Source: an uncultured Methanosarcinales archaeon
GTDB lineage: Archaea; Nanobdellota; Nanobdellia; Woesearchaeales; GW2011-AR9
Assembly: GCA_964373955.1 (NCBI GenBank)
Contig: CAYJXA010000006.1
Location: 1,735 to 65,734, forward strand
Length of the DNA stretch: 64,000 nucleotides
Direction: 5' to 3'
Part shown: one piece after another, positions 28,513 to 36,550 of the stretch
Position numbering within the stretch: position 1 is the first letter of the stretch
How the letters are laid out: each line of letters begins with the position of its first letter
Program-made: the position numbers and the translations under genes
Notes under the pieces: model-generated
The model's input: only the letters and a program-made list of their open reading frames with translations
What the model was told of the DNA's origin: nothing
Database searches by the model: none

Positions 28513-29463
28513 ATGATTATTGGTATAATAAAAGCAGAAGGAGACGCTGAAAGAATCATTGCTCATCACCTTGCCAAGAAAGGATTTCATCCGTATTCTT
28601 TAGAAGAAGAATTGAGAGAGGAAGCACAGCGGCGAAAGGTTAAACCCACTCCCGAGAATCTTGTTCAGCTAGAGAAAAACCTCCGCGAAAGATTTGGGGA
28701 GAGAATCCTTGCGGAAAGGGTAAGGATAAAACTGAGAGAGAATCGAAATTATGTACTAACCTCCTTCTGTAATTCTGATGAAGTTGCTGTTTTCTCATCA
28801 GATCCTTCTTTTGTTCTCATTTCAGTGGTGGGCAATACTCGCACAGAACAAAGGGAATCAAATCTAGCGAAAGAACAGGTACGCCGGCGCTGGCGGTTGG
28901 CGAAAATTGTTCTTAAGAATGATGGGACTGTAGAAGAATTGTGTCGTAAAGTTGACAAACTGATTTTCGAGCTTCATAAGAAACACTATCGCCGCCCGAG
29001 TTGGGATGAATATTTTTTAGGCATTGTCGATGCGGTTGCCAAGCGCGCTACCTGTGATCGGGGTAGAACAGCGGTAATTTTAGTGAAAGACAAACGAATT
29101 CTCGCCACAGGATATGTTGGCTCCCCCATGGGACTCGCTCATTGTGATGAAATAGGGCATCAAATGAAGAAAGTAATTCATGAAGCTGGCAATATCTCTC
29201 AACATTGTGTGAGGACAAACCATGCGGAGATAAATGCTATCTCTTTAGCGGCGCGAAATGGAGTTTCCATTGATGGGGCAACGTTATATTGTAAATTGGA
29301 ACCCTGCTACACGTGTGCGAAAATGATCATCAACGCGGGAATTAAACGGGTAGTCTGCCAGAAACAGTATCATGCTGCGGACGATAGCAGAAAAGTATTC
29401 AAGCAAGCAAAGATTCAATTTGACGTGTTGGAACGGAAAGTGGAGGAATATCCGCTTCAGTGA
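28513..29463 (+). CDS. Fusion: degenerate (P-loop-less) kinase-like N-domain plus dCMP/cytidine deaminase zinc-binding domain
   Basis: C-terminal CDA signature HAEINAI...CKLEPCYTCAKMIINAGIKRV. The N-domain has the same helix/strand layout as the upstream kinase, but GIIKAEGDAE replaces the P-loop. Confidence 0.6.
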   Translation: MIIGIIKAEGDAERIIAHHLAKKGFHPYSLEEELREEAQRRKVKPTPENLVQLEKNLRERFGERILAERVRIKLRENRNYVLTSFCNSDEVAVFSSDPSFVLISVVGNTRTEQRESNLAKEQVRRRWRLAKIVLKNDGTVEELCRKVDKLIFELHKKHYRRPSWDEYFLGIVDAVAKRATCDRGRTAVILVKDKRILATGYVGSPMGLAHCDEIGHQMKKVIHEAGNISQHCVRTNHAEINAISLAARNGVSIDGATLYCKLEPCYTCAKMIINAGIKRVVCQKQYHAADDSRKVFKQAKIQFDVLERKVEEYPLQ

Positions 29464-29516
29464 TTCCCGAGAAATGGGCTCATACCCCGCAGCTTGCTGC
29501 GATTGGGATTTTTTAC

Positions 29517-29753
29517 TTATCCACAAATCTCCAGTAATTTCTGCCTACTTTTAGCTCCTGCTTTTACCTTTACTTTCATCTTGAATTCTTCTTTGAAGAA
29601 TTTGATGAGCTCTCGGTTGGCTTTATCCTTTTCCGGAACAGCATGGAGATATATCCTAAGACCATTTTCTTCTTCAACTGCTCTATTCTGAGAAGCATTC
29701 GGGATAACCTTGACTGCTATCTGATTATTTTTGATGTATTTAGTGGGATTCAT
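29517..29753 (-). CDS. DUF167 (YggU-like) protein
   Basis: IAVKVIPNASQNRAVEEENGLRIYLHAVPEKDKANRELIKFF matches the DUF167 consensus. Confidence 0.55.
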   Translation of the reverse strand: MNPTKYIKNNQIAVKVIPNASQNRAVEEENGLRIYLHAVPEKDKANRELIKFFKEEFKMKVKVKAGAKSRQKLLEICG

Positions 29754-30612
29754 GGCTAGGATGGCTAAGCTTTGTTACCAGATAAGAACGCATCCAGGAG
29801 ATGAACAGGAGAGAAACAATAAGATTCAAGATCGTCGATCCAAGTGGATAGAATTGAAGTTGCTGTTTAAATGGAAGAAGTATTCCTGTTATGATTAGAG
29901 CTACCATTACTATCAATAGAAGCATTCGCCAGATCTTACTCCAGTGGGTTTTCAAAAGGTTGAACCCTTCTCCTATGGAAATCCACACTTTGTACTTCTC
30001 GGTAAAGGCAATATAAACCAGGAAGATGAATATCAGAAGGAGCACTATCAGGATGAAACTGACCACATTGTTGAGAATAAGCAAAATCGAATCAATTACC
30101 GCAGCATATCGGAAATAAAGCGTAGCACTCGACGTTAGCAAAGTCCTGAGAAGGTATGCAGTAATAATTTTCAAAATCATGAACATTAATCCATAAAAGA
30201 GTATCGGGATTAGCATTGTTAAGTGGAGTACATTCCAACGCCAGTACATCTTGCTAGTTAGTTTTCGATGTAATAGCGTATTCCACACCACAGCTTGCTC
30301 CAATGAGAAGAGAAAGAAAAATACTATCGTGAGTATGCTGATGGCACTTATCGAAAAAAGGAGAAAGGATTTCAGCTGGGTGAAGAAAGGCAGCATTTCT
30401 TCCGGGGAACTTGAGGCCAGGAGTTGCTGAACTTCCTCTACCGTCCTGCCTCCCATTACTTCAATGGACTGATTTTGAAGGTATGTTCCAAACGTTGTAA
30501 AGATGAGTAATAGAATGACCACAAAAATGAGGTCTGCGAGAAACGTTTTCCAGAAGATTGGCTTTACTTTAAACGAATTAACAAACGAATGCAAGTGCTG
30601 ATTCATACGCAA
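29740..30612 (-). CDS. Polytopic membrane protein
   Basis: At least 6 hydrophobic helices. Confidence 0.45.
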   Translation of the reverse strand: MRMNQHLHSFVNSFKVKPIFWKTFLADLIFVVILLLIFTTFGTYLQNQSIEVMGGRTVEEVQQLLASSSPEEMLPFFTQLKSFLLFSISAISILTIVFFFLFSLEQAVVWNTLLHRKLTSKMYWRWNVLHLTMLIPILFYGLMFMILKIITAYLLRTLLTSSATLYFRYAAVIDSILLILNNVVSFILIVLLLIFIFLVYIAFTEKYKVWISIGEGFNLLKTHWSKIWRMLLLIVMVALIITGILLPFKQQLQFYPLGSTILNLIVSLLFISWMRSYLVTKLSHPSHESH

Positions 30613-30645
30613 GGGATATATCCGAAGTATAAAAAAGGTTCGGTT

Positions 30646-31143
30646 TTACTCCAGCAACCCCAGTAATCCCACTAATCCCATACCTGCGCCACCAGCTACC
30701 AGGATGTATCCAGCATACGTTCCTGCATTCGCAGAACATTCTTTTTGTCCAGCGGTTCCGGCATCTTGTGCGCAGGTTTCAGAAGTTGCTAAGGCAGCGC
30801 CAAGAACCGTTGCCACTAAACCTCCGCCGAGCAGAGCCCAATCCCCGGCATGACTTTTCTTTTCTTCTGGAATTTCGGGAGCTGGTTGAACATACGCTGG
30901 TGGGGGAGCGGGAGTTTGTGTATCATACGCTAGTTTTGGTCCTTCTTTTTTTCTTGCTTTTCTTTTCTTGGGATCAATGTAATATGCTCGTCCCGGTGCG
31001 GGTTGATCTTGCTGTGGGGGGGTAGTATACGCTGGTGCCGGTTCTTGCTCTTCTTGCTGAGCTTCTGGGGGGGTAGCATACACTGGTTTAGCTGCGCCTA
31101 AGAAACTTGCGATCACCAGCGGATAGATGATTCTTTCTAACAT
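30646..31143 (-). CDS. Pro/Gln-rich secreted protein with C-terminal membrane anchor
   Basis: Signal peptide; PPAYVQPAP-type repeats; C-terminal Gly/Ala-rich TM segment. Confidence 0.45.
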   Translation of the reverse strand: MLERIIYPLVIASFLGAAKPVYATPPEAQQEEQEPAPAYTTPPQQDQPAPGRAYYIDPKKRKARKKEGPKLAYDTQTPAPPPAYVQPAPEIPEEKKSHAGDWALLGGGLVATVLGAALATSETCAQDAGTAGQKECSANAGTYAGYILVAGGAGMGLVGLLGLLE

Positions 31144-31234
31144 AAAGCCAATAAAAGGAGGAATTATTTAAATCTTTCTTAGGCAGTAGTAAAAAATCAT
31201 AACTTTTAAATAAACTGAGCTAATTTAGGTATAA

Positions 31235-31696
31235 ATGGCAAGATTACTGGATAGTTTTTACAACGCTCTTCTGGGAGCAGGACTGCTAGGATTAGTTGCT
31301 TGCAGTACTCCAAGATATGCTCATCGTGATTATGATCAATTCCCCGCTGCGCGGCCAGAAATCGGACTTCATAACATAAAGCAAATTGCAGGTGATATTT
31401 GTGAAGAGTCAGCGGTAACGGAAGATGAATTTCGCTGCACAAAAAATGCCTCCATTCTCAGTAACAGATTTCCAGCAGAATGTCCAAATGGCTACACTCT
31501 TCAAGAAGGTACTTTGGGATACCAATCTTGCCGTCAGGAGATAGTCATTCTTTGGGATCGGGTAAGGAAAGTTATTCCCGGATCAAACCTTGTTGAAGTC
31601 TGCTTGGAGGATAGAACTTGCGTTCGATTGGAAAAGTTTAGAAACCGCCGACAAGCTCGGGAGTTTGCGGAAGCAATACACGCATATCTACAATAA
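31235..31696 (+). CDS. Small secreted lipoprotein-like Cys-containing protein, paralog A (divergent)
   Basis: Lipobox-like LGLVAC; conserved Cys spacing and C-terminal ...RQAREFAEAIHAYLQ shared with paralogs B and C. Confidence 0.5.
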   Translation: MARLLDSFYNALLGAGLLGLVACSTPRYAHRDYDQFPAARPEIGLHNIKQIAGDICEESAVTEDEFRCTKNASILSNRFPAECPNGYTLQEGTLGYQSCRQEIVILWDRVRKVIPGSNLVEVCLEDRTCVRLEKFRNRRQAREFAEAIHAYLQ

Positions 31697-31697
31697 A

Positions 31698-32162
31698 ATG
31701 GGAATTGATAATCTACTCGCGGCTGGGAAGAAAATTGCACTTGGTTTAGCGCTAAAAGTAGCGCTCACTTCGTGTGCAGGCGCACCAGTCTTGGCGCAGA
31801 AAAATTATGGCACTATGCCCGAGAGCCGCAGGAGAGGGGCGTATCAAGACATGGAGAGAATTCTTGCCGACATTTGTTGTTCATTGCCTTCAGACTCTTA
31901 TCCTGATTGTAAATATCTTCAAGTGAATCCGGTTGGATTCAGATGTGAACAGTTAGTTGATGCTCACATAGAAGTAGTTTCAGATTATCGTTGGGATGAG
32001 ATTGAGCAAGTAGAATGTCGAGGAAGAGAAGTTTTGATTCGAGGACAATACAACTCCAGTCCTTTATACACGAAAGGGCCAGTCTGGCAGGATACGACAC
32101 AACAATGCCGTGATTTGGCGGAAGCGATGCAGATAGTGGTAGAAGGAAGAAAAGGGAATTAA
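31698..32162 (+). CDS. Small secreted lipoprotein-like Cys-containing protein, paralog B
   Basis: ATG at 31698 (the track's 31590 start overlaps paralog A). ICCSLPSDSYPDCKYLQVNPVGFRCEQL...VECRGREVLIRGQYN...QQCRDLAEAM aligns closely to paralog C. Ends 3 nt before the convergent giant gene. Confidence 0.55.
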   Translation: MGIDNLLAAGKKIALGLALKVALTSCAGAPVLAQKNYGTMPESRRRGAYQDMERILADICCSLPSDSYPDCKYLQVNPVGFRCEQLVDAHIEVVSDYRWDEIEQVECRGREVLIRGQYNSSPLYTKGPVWQDTTQQCRDLAEAMQIVVEGRKGN

Positions 32163-32165
32163 TTA

Positions 32166-35100
32166 TTACCATCCCGCATTTCTGGTAACCTGTCCGCCTT
32201 GAACAGTACTTGCGGGAGCATTTCTTCCGGCATTGCCAAAGTTGGCTTCTCCAATGGAAGAAACGTCAACAGTGAAGCAGACATCGCCTATAGTGCTGGA
32301 TCCTGAAAATGAATCAGCAGTGGAAGGCGCTTGTTTCCATCCAATACACGCTTCTTGGAATAGGTTTGGTGAATAATGGATAATTGTATCTTTATCTGAT
32401 TGTCCGTTTCGTAATTCTATCGGTCCATTGACGTCTCCATTCCGAATATACATATGTGTTGCACCGGCATCAATTCCATCGTTAGGAGTAGTGTCAATCC
32501 ACACATTAAATGAAACAGCTACGCCATCTTCGTTAATGAAAGGAGTAAACGCTTCATCTCTCGGAGCGGAAACACCCCAGGTGATTTTATAGAAATATCC
32601 TTGTAATGGTGTGTCTTCATCCTGTTCTTGATCTCCATCTTCGTCTTTGTGACAGAAATTATTGTCTACACATACTTGCCCTGGATCACAGATGAATTCT
32701 TCTTCTGCTTCTGGATCTGGATTCCTGGCGCAAAGAATGGGGGAGGTAGTTTCAGACCGTTCCATTTGAATATTAGCAACGGCTTGATATGTTCCGGAAA
32801 CGGTTTTAATCATCGCCATTCCTTCCGGTTCTATGTCATAGTGGGCTTCGCAAATGGCAGAAGGGAACCAATTGCTTCCTAACATCGGAGCAAAGGTTTT
32901 ATCAGCATCGAATTGGAAAAGGTCTCGGTCTGTTCTGGGCAGTCCGAAGAGTCTGGTAAGTGCAGGATAGGATTTTATTTCTTTGGTTATGCCGTAAATT
33001 GCTTCGATGGAGGTTTGAGCGATAGCGAGCGAGCCTTGAGTTGCTACTCTGGTTTCTTCTAATGCCGGGGCACGTTCTCGAGCTGAGTCTTGAGCTTCCC
33101 GTCTTCTCTCCCCTAATTCCCGTTCTGCATCAGCTTCCGCTCTATGTGCTGCATCCAGTGCTGCGTCGGCAGCATCTACTTCCACTCGAGCAGCCCTTCT
33201 TGCGTCCTCGGTTGTTGCTGATGCTAACACTTCTCCTGCTTCTCCTACTCTCTTAACCTGTTCTGCGACAACTGCTGATGCTTGAACAGCCCTTTGTTCT
33301 GCTGCTTGTACCTGATTGTCATACGTATAAACCCATTGCTCACCTTGTTGTTTGTACGTTGTAATCCTTCCGTCTGAACTATGGGAAATGAAACCACCAG
33401 TATATTCTCCTTTCTCATTCCGTTGCGCAAGAATAGAGGTTCCATCGGGCTGGGTGATTCCTTCAAAACGCCCTGTAGCCGGGTTAAACATCTCGATACG
33501 TTCCAGACCACCTAACTCTGCTTCGGTTCGTCGGGGAAATTCAACTCCGGCCACCCGAGTTATTCGTGCTGTTCCTCCCTGGACTTCCACTGCTCCTACG
33601 CTTACGCCAATTCCTGCACTGCCGATACTCTCATAATCGTAATTCAATAAGAATAAAGCATTTTCATTTGCATCGTATAAAGTTCCGCCGCTGGGTCTGA
33701 AGCAGCCGTTTGAGTCGGTACAGCTACTTTCTCCTTTGGCATAATAATCACCATCGAGAACTTGTTTCTCACTCGTTTGCGTGTTGAAGATTGTTTGCGT
33801 TTCTTCCTTGAAATTAGTAATAGTTCGACTATTGCCTTGGACTGCGATTACTCCCAATTGGTTTTTGGCGTCAGCACCCTCATAATATTTCACTACTTTT
33901 CCTGATGCGAGGTCGTTGAGAGCATCCTTGTTATCTTTCCCAACGTAAAATGGATTTCCACTGAGGGTAATTGTTCCTTCTTCTTGTTGTTTAAGGGATT
34001 GGAAGGCAACCTGTTGGCCGTTTCTAATGACGTATGTTCCGGATTTGTCTTGATCTGGTTGATCTTTATCTTTTAATTGGATGATGGTAGACTTTACGGG
34101 ATCTCTGCCAACGGTAACCGTTGTTGCCACCTTTATCGTGCCTCCTGTTTTGAGAACATAATTAACGGGATCTGATTTATCCCAATCTATTTGGCTTTCA
34201 CCGTAAGTTTTATAGAGTTCTTCTCCTAATGCCCGTTGTGCTATCTCTCTGATGGAAACTACTCTCGCACCTTCCGTAGTGGGACTGGTTGTTAAGTAAG
34301 GAGCCACGCTTCCTTCCACATAAAAATAATATCCTTTTTCTGTTTCGTAAGTTCCATCAGCTTTTCTGATAACGTGGGGAGCAGATGAAAGTGATGTCGA
34401 ACTAGAAGTACCTGTTCTATCTCCAGATATGGTTAAAGTAGTTATGCTCTGCGCAAGAATAGCTTGTCGTAAAGCTTCTCCTTCTGCTCCAATGTTTTGT
34501 CCGTATCTTACCTTGTTAAGTCCATCATCGTCTGAATACCCTATTGGCATACCGGAGGAATCAATATATATTACACGGCTGTGGTCGGAATCATAGTAGC
34601 TTACGGCGTATTGGATCCCATCGATCTCTCCGCTCTCCTCAATTAGGATGTAACGACGAGATTCTCCACTGCCCGGGAGTTGAAATGAAATCTCTGGAAT
34701 AGGAGTATCAAATGTCCCTGAATCGGAAGCAGGTGAGGAGTCGTCTATTTGCTGGAATATTTGCAGTGCTGTTGTACCTGTATATTGTTGTTCAGAGAAA
34801 TCATCATTCTTAAACAAAAGCTTAAGATTTCCATTCTCTTCAGTAATTGAGAACTCTAAAGTTCTCGTACTTAACCCTGATGGATCGAAATCAACCCTTT
34901 CTCCGTTCGGGAAGACGAGGTTAGTCCCTTCTATCCTAATATTCATCTGTTGCATTAATGCCTGAGCTCGGGGTGTTATTTGAGGGATTATATGTTCAGG
35001 CGGGTTACTAACAGAAGAGGGATTAAAACTATCTCTTGCTCCTCCCTTGAAATAATCATGAAGTACAAAGCTCTGTTGATCGGCACTGGAAGAAGTGTAA

Positions 35101-35231
35101 CACCCTGTTCTACTTCTGCAAATCCAACGGGAGTTCATGCTATCATATTCCCATCCATTCACCGGCACTGCACTCACCATCATAGCACTTGCTAGTAAAA
35201 ACAATACCAATAAAGTCACCATCTTTTTCAT
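32166..35231 (-). CDS. Giant secreted protein 1 (1021 aa): signal peptide, YD-like repeats, Ala/Arg/Glu-rich helical linker, Cys-containing C-terminal domain
   Basis: Signal peptide MKKMVTLLVLFLLASAMMVSA. YD-like segment (...GEYTGGFISHSSDGRITTYKQQGEQWVYTYDNQ...). Long charged helical stretch (AARVEVDAADAALDAAHRAEADAERELGERRREAQ). C-terminal roughly 250 aa with conserved Cys. Confidence 0.65.
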   Translation of the reverse strand: MKKMVTLLVLFLLASAMMVSAVPVNGWEYDSMNSRWICRSRTGCYTSSSADQQSFVLHDYFKGGARDSFNPSSVSNPPEHIIPQITPRAQALMQQMNIRIEGTNLVFPNGERVDFDPSGLSTRTLEFSITEENGNLKLLFKNDDFSEQQYTGTTALQIFQQIDDSSPASDSGTFDTPIPEISFQLPGSGESRRYILIEESGEIDGIQYAVSYYDSDHSRVIYIDSSGMPIGYSDDDGLNKVRYGQNIGAEGEALRQAILAQSITTLTISGDRTGTSSSTSLSSAPHVIRKADGTYETEKGYYFYVEGSVAPYLTTSPTTEGARVVSIREIAQRALGEELYKTYGESQIDWDKSDPVNYVLKTGGTIKVATTVTVGRDPVKSTIIQLKDKDQPDQDKSGTYVIRNGQQVAFQSLKQQEEGTITLSGNPFYVGKDNKDALNDLASGKVVKYYEGADAKNQLGVIAVQGNSRTITNFKEETQTIFNTQTSEKQVLDGDYYAKGESSCTDSNGCFRPSGGTLYDANENALFLLNYDYESIGSAGIGVSVGAVEVQGGTARITRVAGVEFPRRTEAELGGLERIEMFNPATGRFEGITQPDGTSILAQRNEKGEYTGGFISHSSDGRITTYKQQGEQWVYTYDNQVQAAEQRAVQASAVVAEQVKRVGEAGEVLASATTEDARRAARVEVDAADAALDAAHRAEADAERELGERRREAQDSARERAPALEETRVATQGSLAIAQTSIEAIYGITKEIKSYPALTRLFGLPRTDRDLFQFDADKTFAPMLGSNWFPSAICEAHYDIEPEGMAMIKTVSGTYQAVANIQMERSETTSPILCARNPDPEAEEEFICDPGQVCVDNNFCHKDEDGDQEQDEDTPLQGYFYKITWGVSAPRDEAFTPFINEDGVAVSFNVWIDTTPNDGIDAGATHMYIRNGDVNGPIELRNGQSDKDTIIHYSPNLFQEACIGWKQAPSTADSFSGSSTIGDVCFTVDVSSIGEANFGNAGRNAPASTVQGGQVTRNAGW
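35173..35219. repeat. Direct repeat copy 1 (47 bp, 45/47 identical to 35911..35957)
   Basis: ctcaccatcatagcacttgctagtaaaaacaataccaataaagtcac. On the minus strand it encodes VTLLVLFLLASAMMVS of the giant protein 1 signal peptide. Confidence 0.9.
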
Positions 35232-35581
35232 GATCTCTTTTCCAGCAACGTTTTAATCTTCTCTATTCTCTTTTTTAATGGAGGAAGATCTTTTTTCACA
35301 ATATCCCACACCACATCCAAATCAAGGTTGAAGTAAGCGTGGATCATCCTATCACGAGTTCCAGCAATCTTTTTCCACTCTATTTCAGGATGAGACTCCT
35401 TTAAATCGGAAGAAATATTCTTTACAGCTTCCCCGATAATTTCAATCCGTCGTATAGTTGCATCTTTGGCATCTTTTGCTTCCTCAAATTCTTTTCGAGA
35501 TAATTTTTTTATCGACTCTTCGATATCGTTAATGGCATCAAGGATATGCAGTAAATAAGGAAGATTTCGGTGGACAGTCAT
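35228..35581 (-). CDS. hepT: HepT-like (DUF86) RNase toxin
   Basis: ...IGEAVKNIS...HPEIEWKKIAGTRDRMIHAYFNLDLDVVW matches the HepT/DUF86 signature (Rx4HxY). 4-nt overlap with the downstream giant gene start. Confidence 0.7.
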   Translation of the reverse strand: MTVHRNLPYLLHILDAINDIEESIKKLSRKEFEEAKDAKDATIRRIEIIGEAVKNISSDLKESHPEIEWKKIAGTRDRMIHAYFNLDLDVVWDIVKKDLPPLKKRIEKIKTLLEKRS

Positions 35582-35868
35582 AAAATCCTCACCTCATCCT
35601 TTAGAATATATTCTTTTAGATAAGGGCTTACTCCCCGATAACTAACCAAATCTACTCTTTTACCTAATTTTTTTTCCAATTCCAGTTGAAGACCAAAGAA
35701 TTCAAATCCCATGCCTTTGCGTGGTTCGATGATAATATCAACATCGCTGGTGCTCCTATGCCTACCTCTAGCGTAACTGCCAAATATGCCGGCTCTCTTA
35801 ATATGATGCTTTCGAAGCACTTCTACCACGTTTTTCTTAATTAACTCAAAATCCGGTCTTTTTTTCAT
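35578..35868 (-). CDS. mnt: MNT-type nucleotidyltransferase antitoxin
   Basis: GIFGSYARGRHRSTSDVDIII nucleotidyltransferase motif; 4-nt overlap with hepT. Confidence 0.7.
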   Translation of the reverse strand: MKKRPDFELIKKNVVEVLRKHHIKRAGIFGSYARGRHRSTSDVDIIIEPRKGMGFEFFGLQLELEKKLGKRVDLVSYRGVSPYLKEYILKDEVRIL

Positions 35869-35910
35869 ATCAGCCTCACTTCCCCATGGTAGCTCTCTCT
35901 TGCTTTAATG

Positions 35911-35957
35911 CTCACCATCATAGCACTTGCTAGTAAAAACAATACTAATAAGGTCAC
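35911..35957. repeat. Direct repeat copy 2 (47 bp)
   Basis: ctcaccatcatagcacttgctagtaaaaacaatactaataaggtcac. Lies inside a 70-aa TTG-initiated remnant ORF (35865..36077) whose stop overlaps the mnt start. Confidence 0.9.
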
Positions 35958-36141
35958 TGTCTTCGCGGGAAAATCCGGGAGATTTTCAGCGCACCCAAAA
36001 TAACCTCTTTTTATGTATTCCACAGTAAAATGTAATTCCTCTTGCTTTATATTCTTTACTATGAGATAAGAGACCAATTATATTCACTCCCAAGTAAAAA
36101 CGAGGGAAACTTTTAAAAATAACCACCCCCTGAACAAGTGC

Positions 36142-36549
36142 ATGGCGTTAACGGACATACTTAGGTCAGCGGTTCTAGGTGTTTTTCTTTCTTGTGCTGG
36201 ACCTACTTTAGCTACGAGACCATATACCTCTGCTGCTAACCCTCAGGAAAGTGCGTATCTTAACATGAGAGATATTCTTATTGATCTCTGCTGCCAATCG
36301 TTAACTGATTCTTACCCAAAGTGTAAACATTTTGAAATTGATCAACGCGGATTTAGCTGTGAGCAGCTCTTGTTTGGGCAGGGCATGAATCCTACGGCTT
36401 TTACGTGGGGTGAAATTCAGGATGTCCAATGCCGGGGAAACCGCTTAAATATTAGCGGGGAATACAATAACGACTTCATTGCTGCTAAAACTGATCGTCA
36501 ATGTCAGGATTTAGCGGGAGCGATGAGAAAGTACTTGCGATTGGAATAA
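36142..36549 (+). CDS. Small secreted lipoprotein-like Cys-containing protein, paralog C
   Basis: Lipobox-like VFLSCAG. DLCCQSLTDSYPKCKHFEIDQRGFSCEQL...VQCRGNRLNISGEYN...RQCQDLAGAM. Ends 2 nt before the convergent giant gene 2. Confidence 0.55.
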   Translation: MALTDILRSAVLGVFLSCAGPTLATRPYTSAANPQESAYLNMRDILIDLCCQSLTDSYPKCKHFEIDQRGFSCEQLLFGQGMNPTAFTWGEIQDVQCRGNRLNISGEYNNDFIAAKTDRQCQDLAGAMRKYLRLE

Positions 36550-36550
36550 C

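Noticed and set aside
31590-32162. ORF-track start at 31590 for small paralog B
   Set aside because: It overlaps the 3' end of paralog A in another frame. An in-frame ATG at 31698 gives a signal peptide and a length matching paralog C.
35865-36077. 70-aa remnant ORF as an independent gene
   Set aside because: It starts at TTG and consists largely of the duplicated signal-peptide segment. It is treated as a remnant or leader created by the duplication rather than a bona fide gene, and is discussed in the findings.
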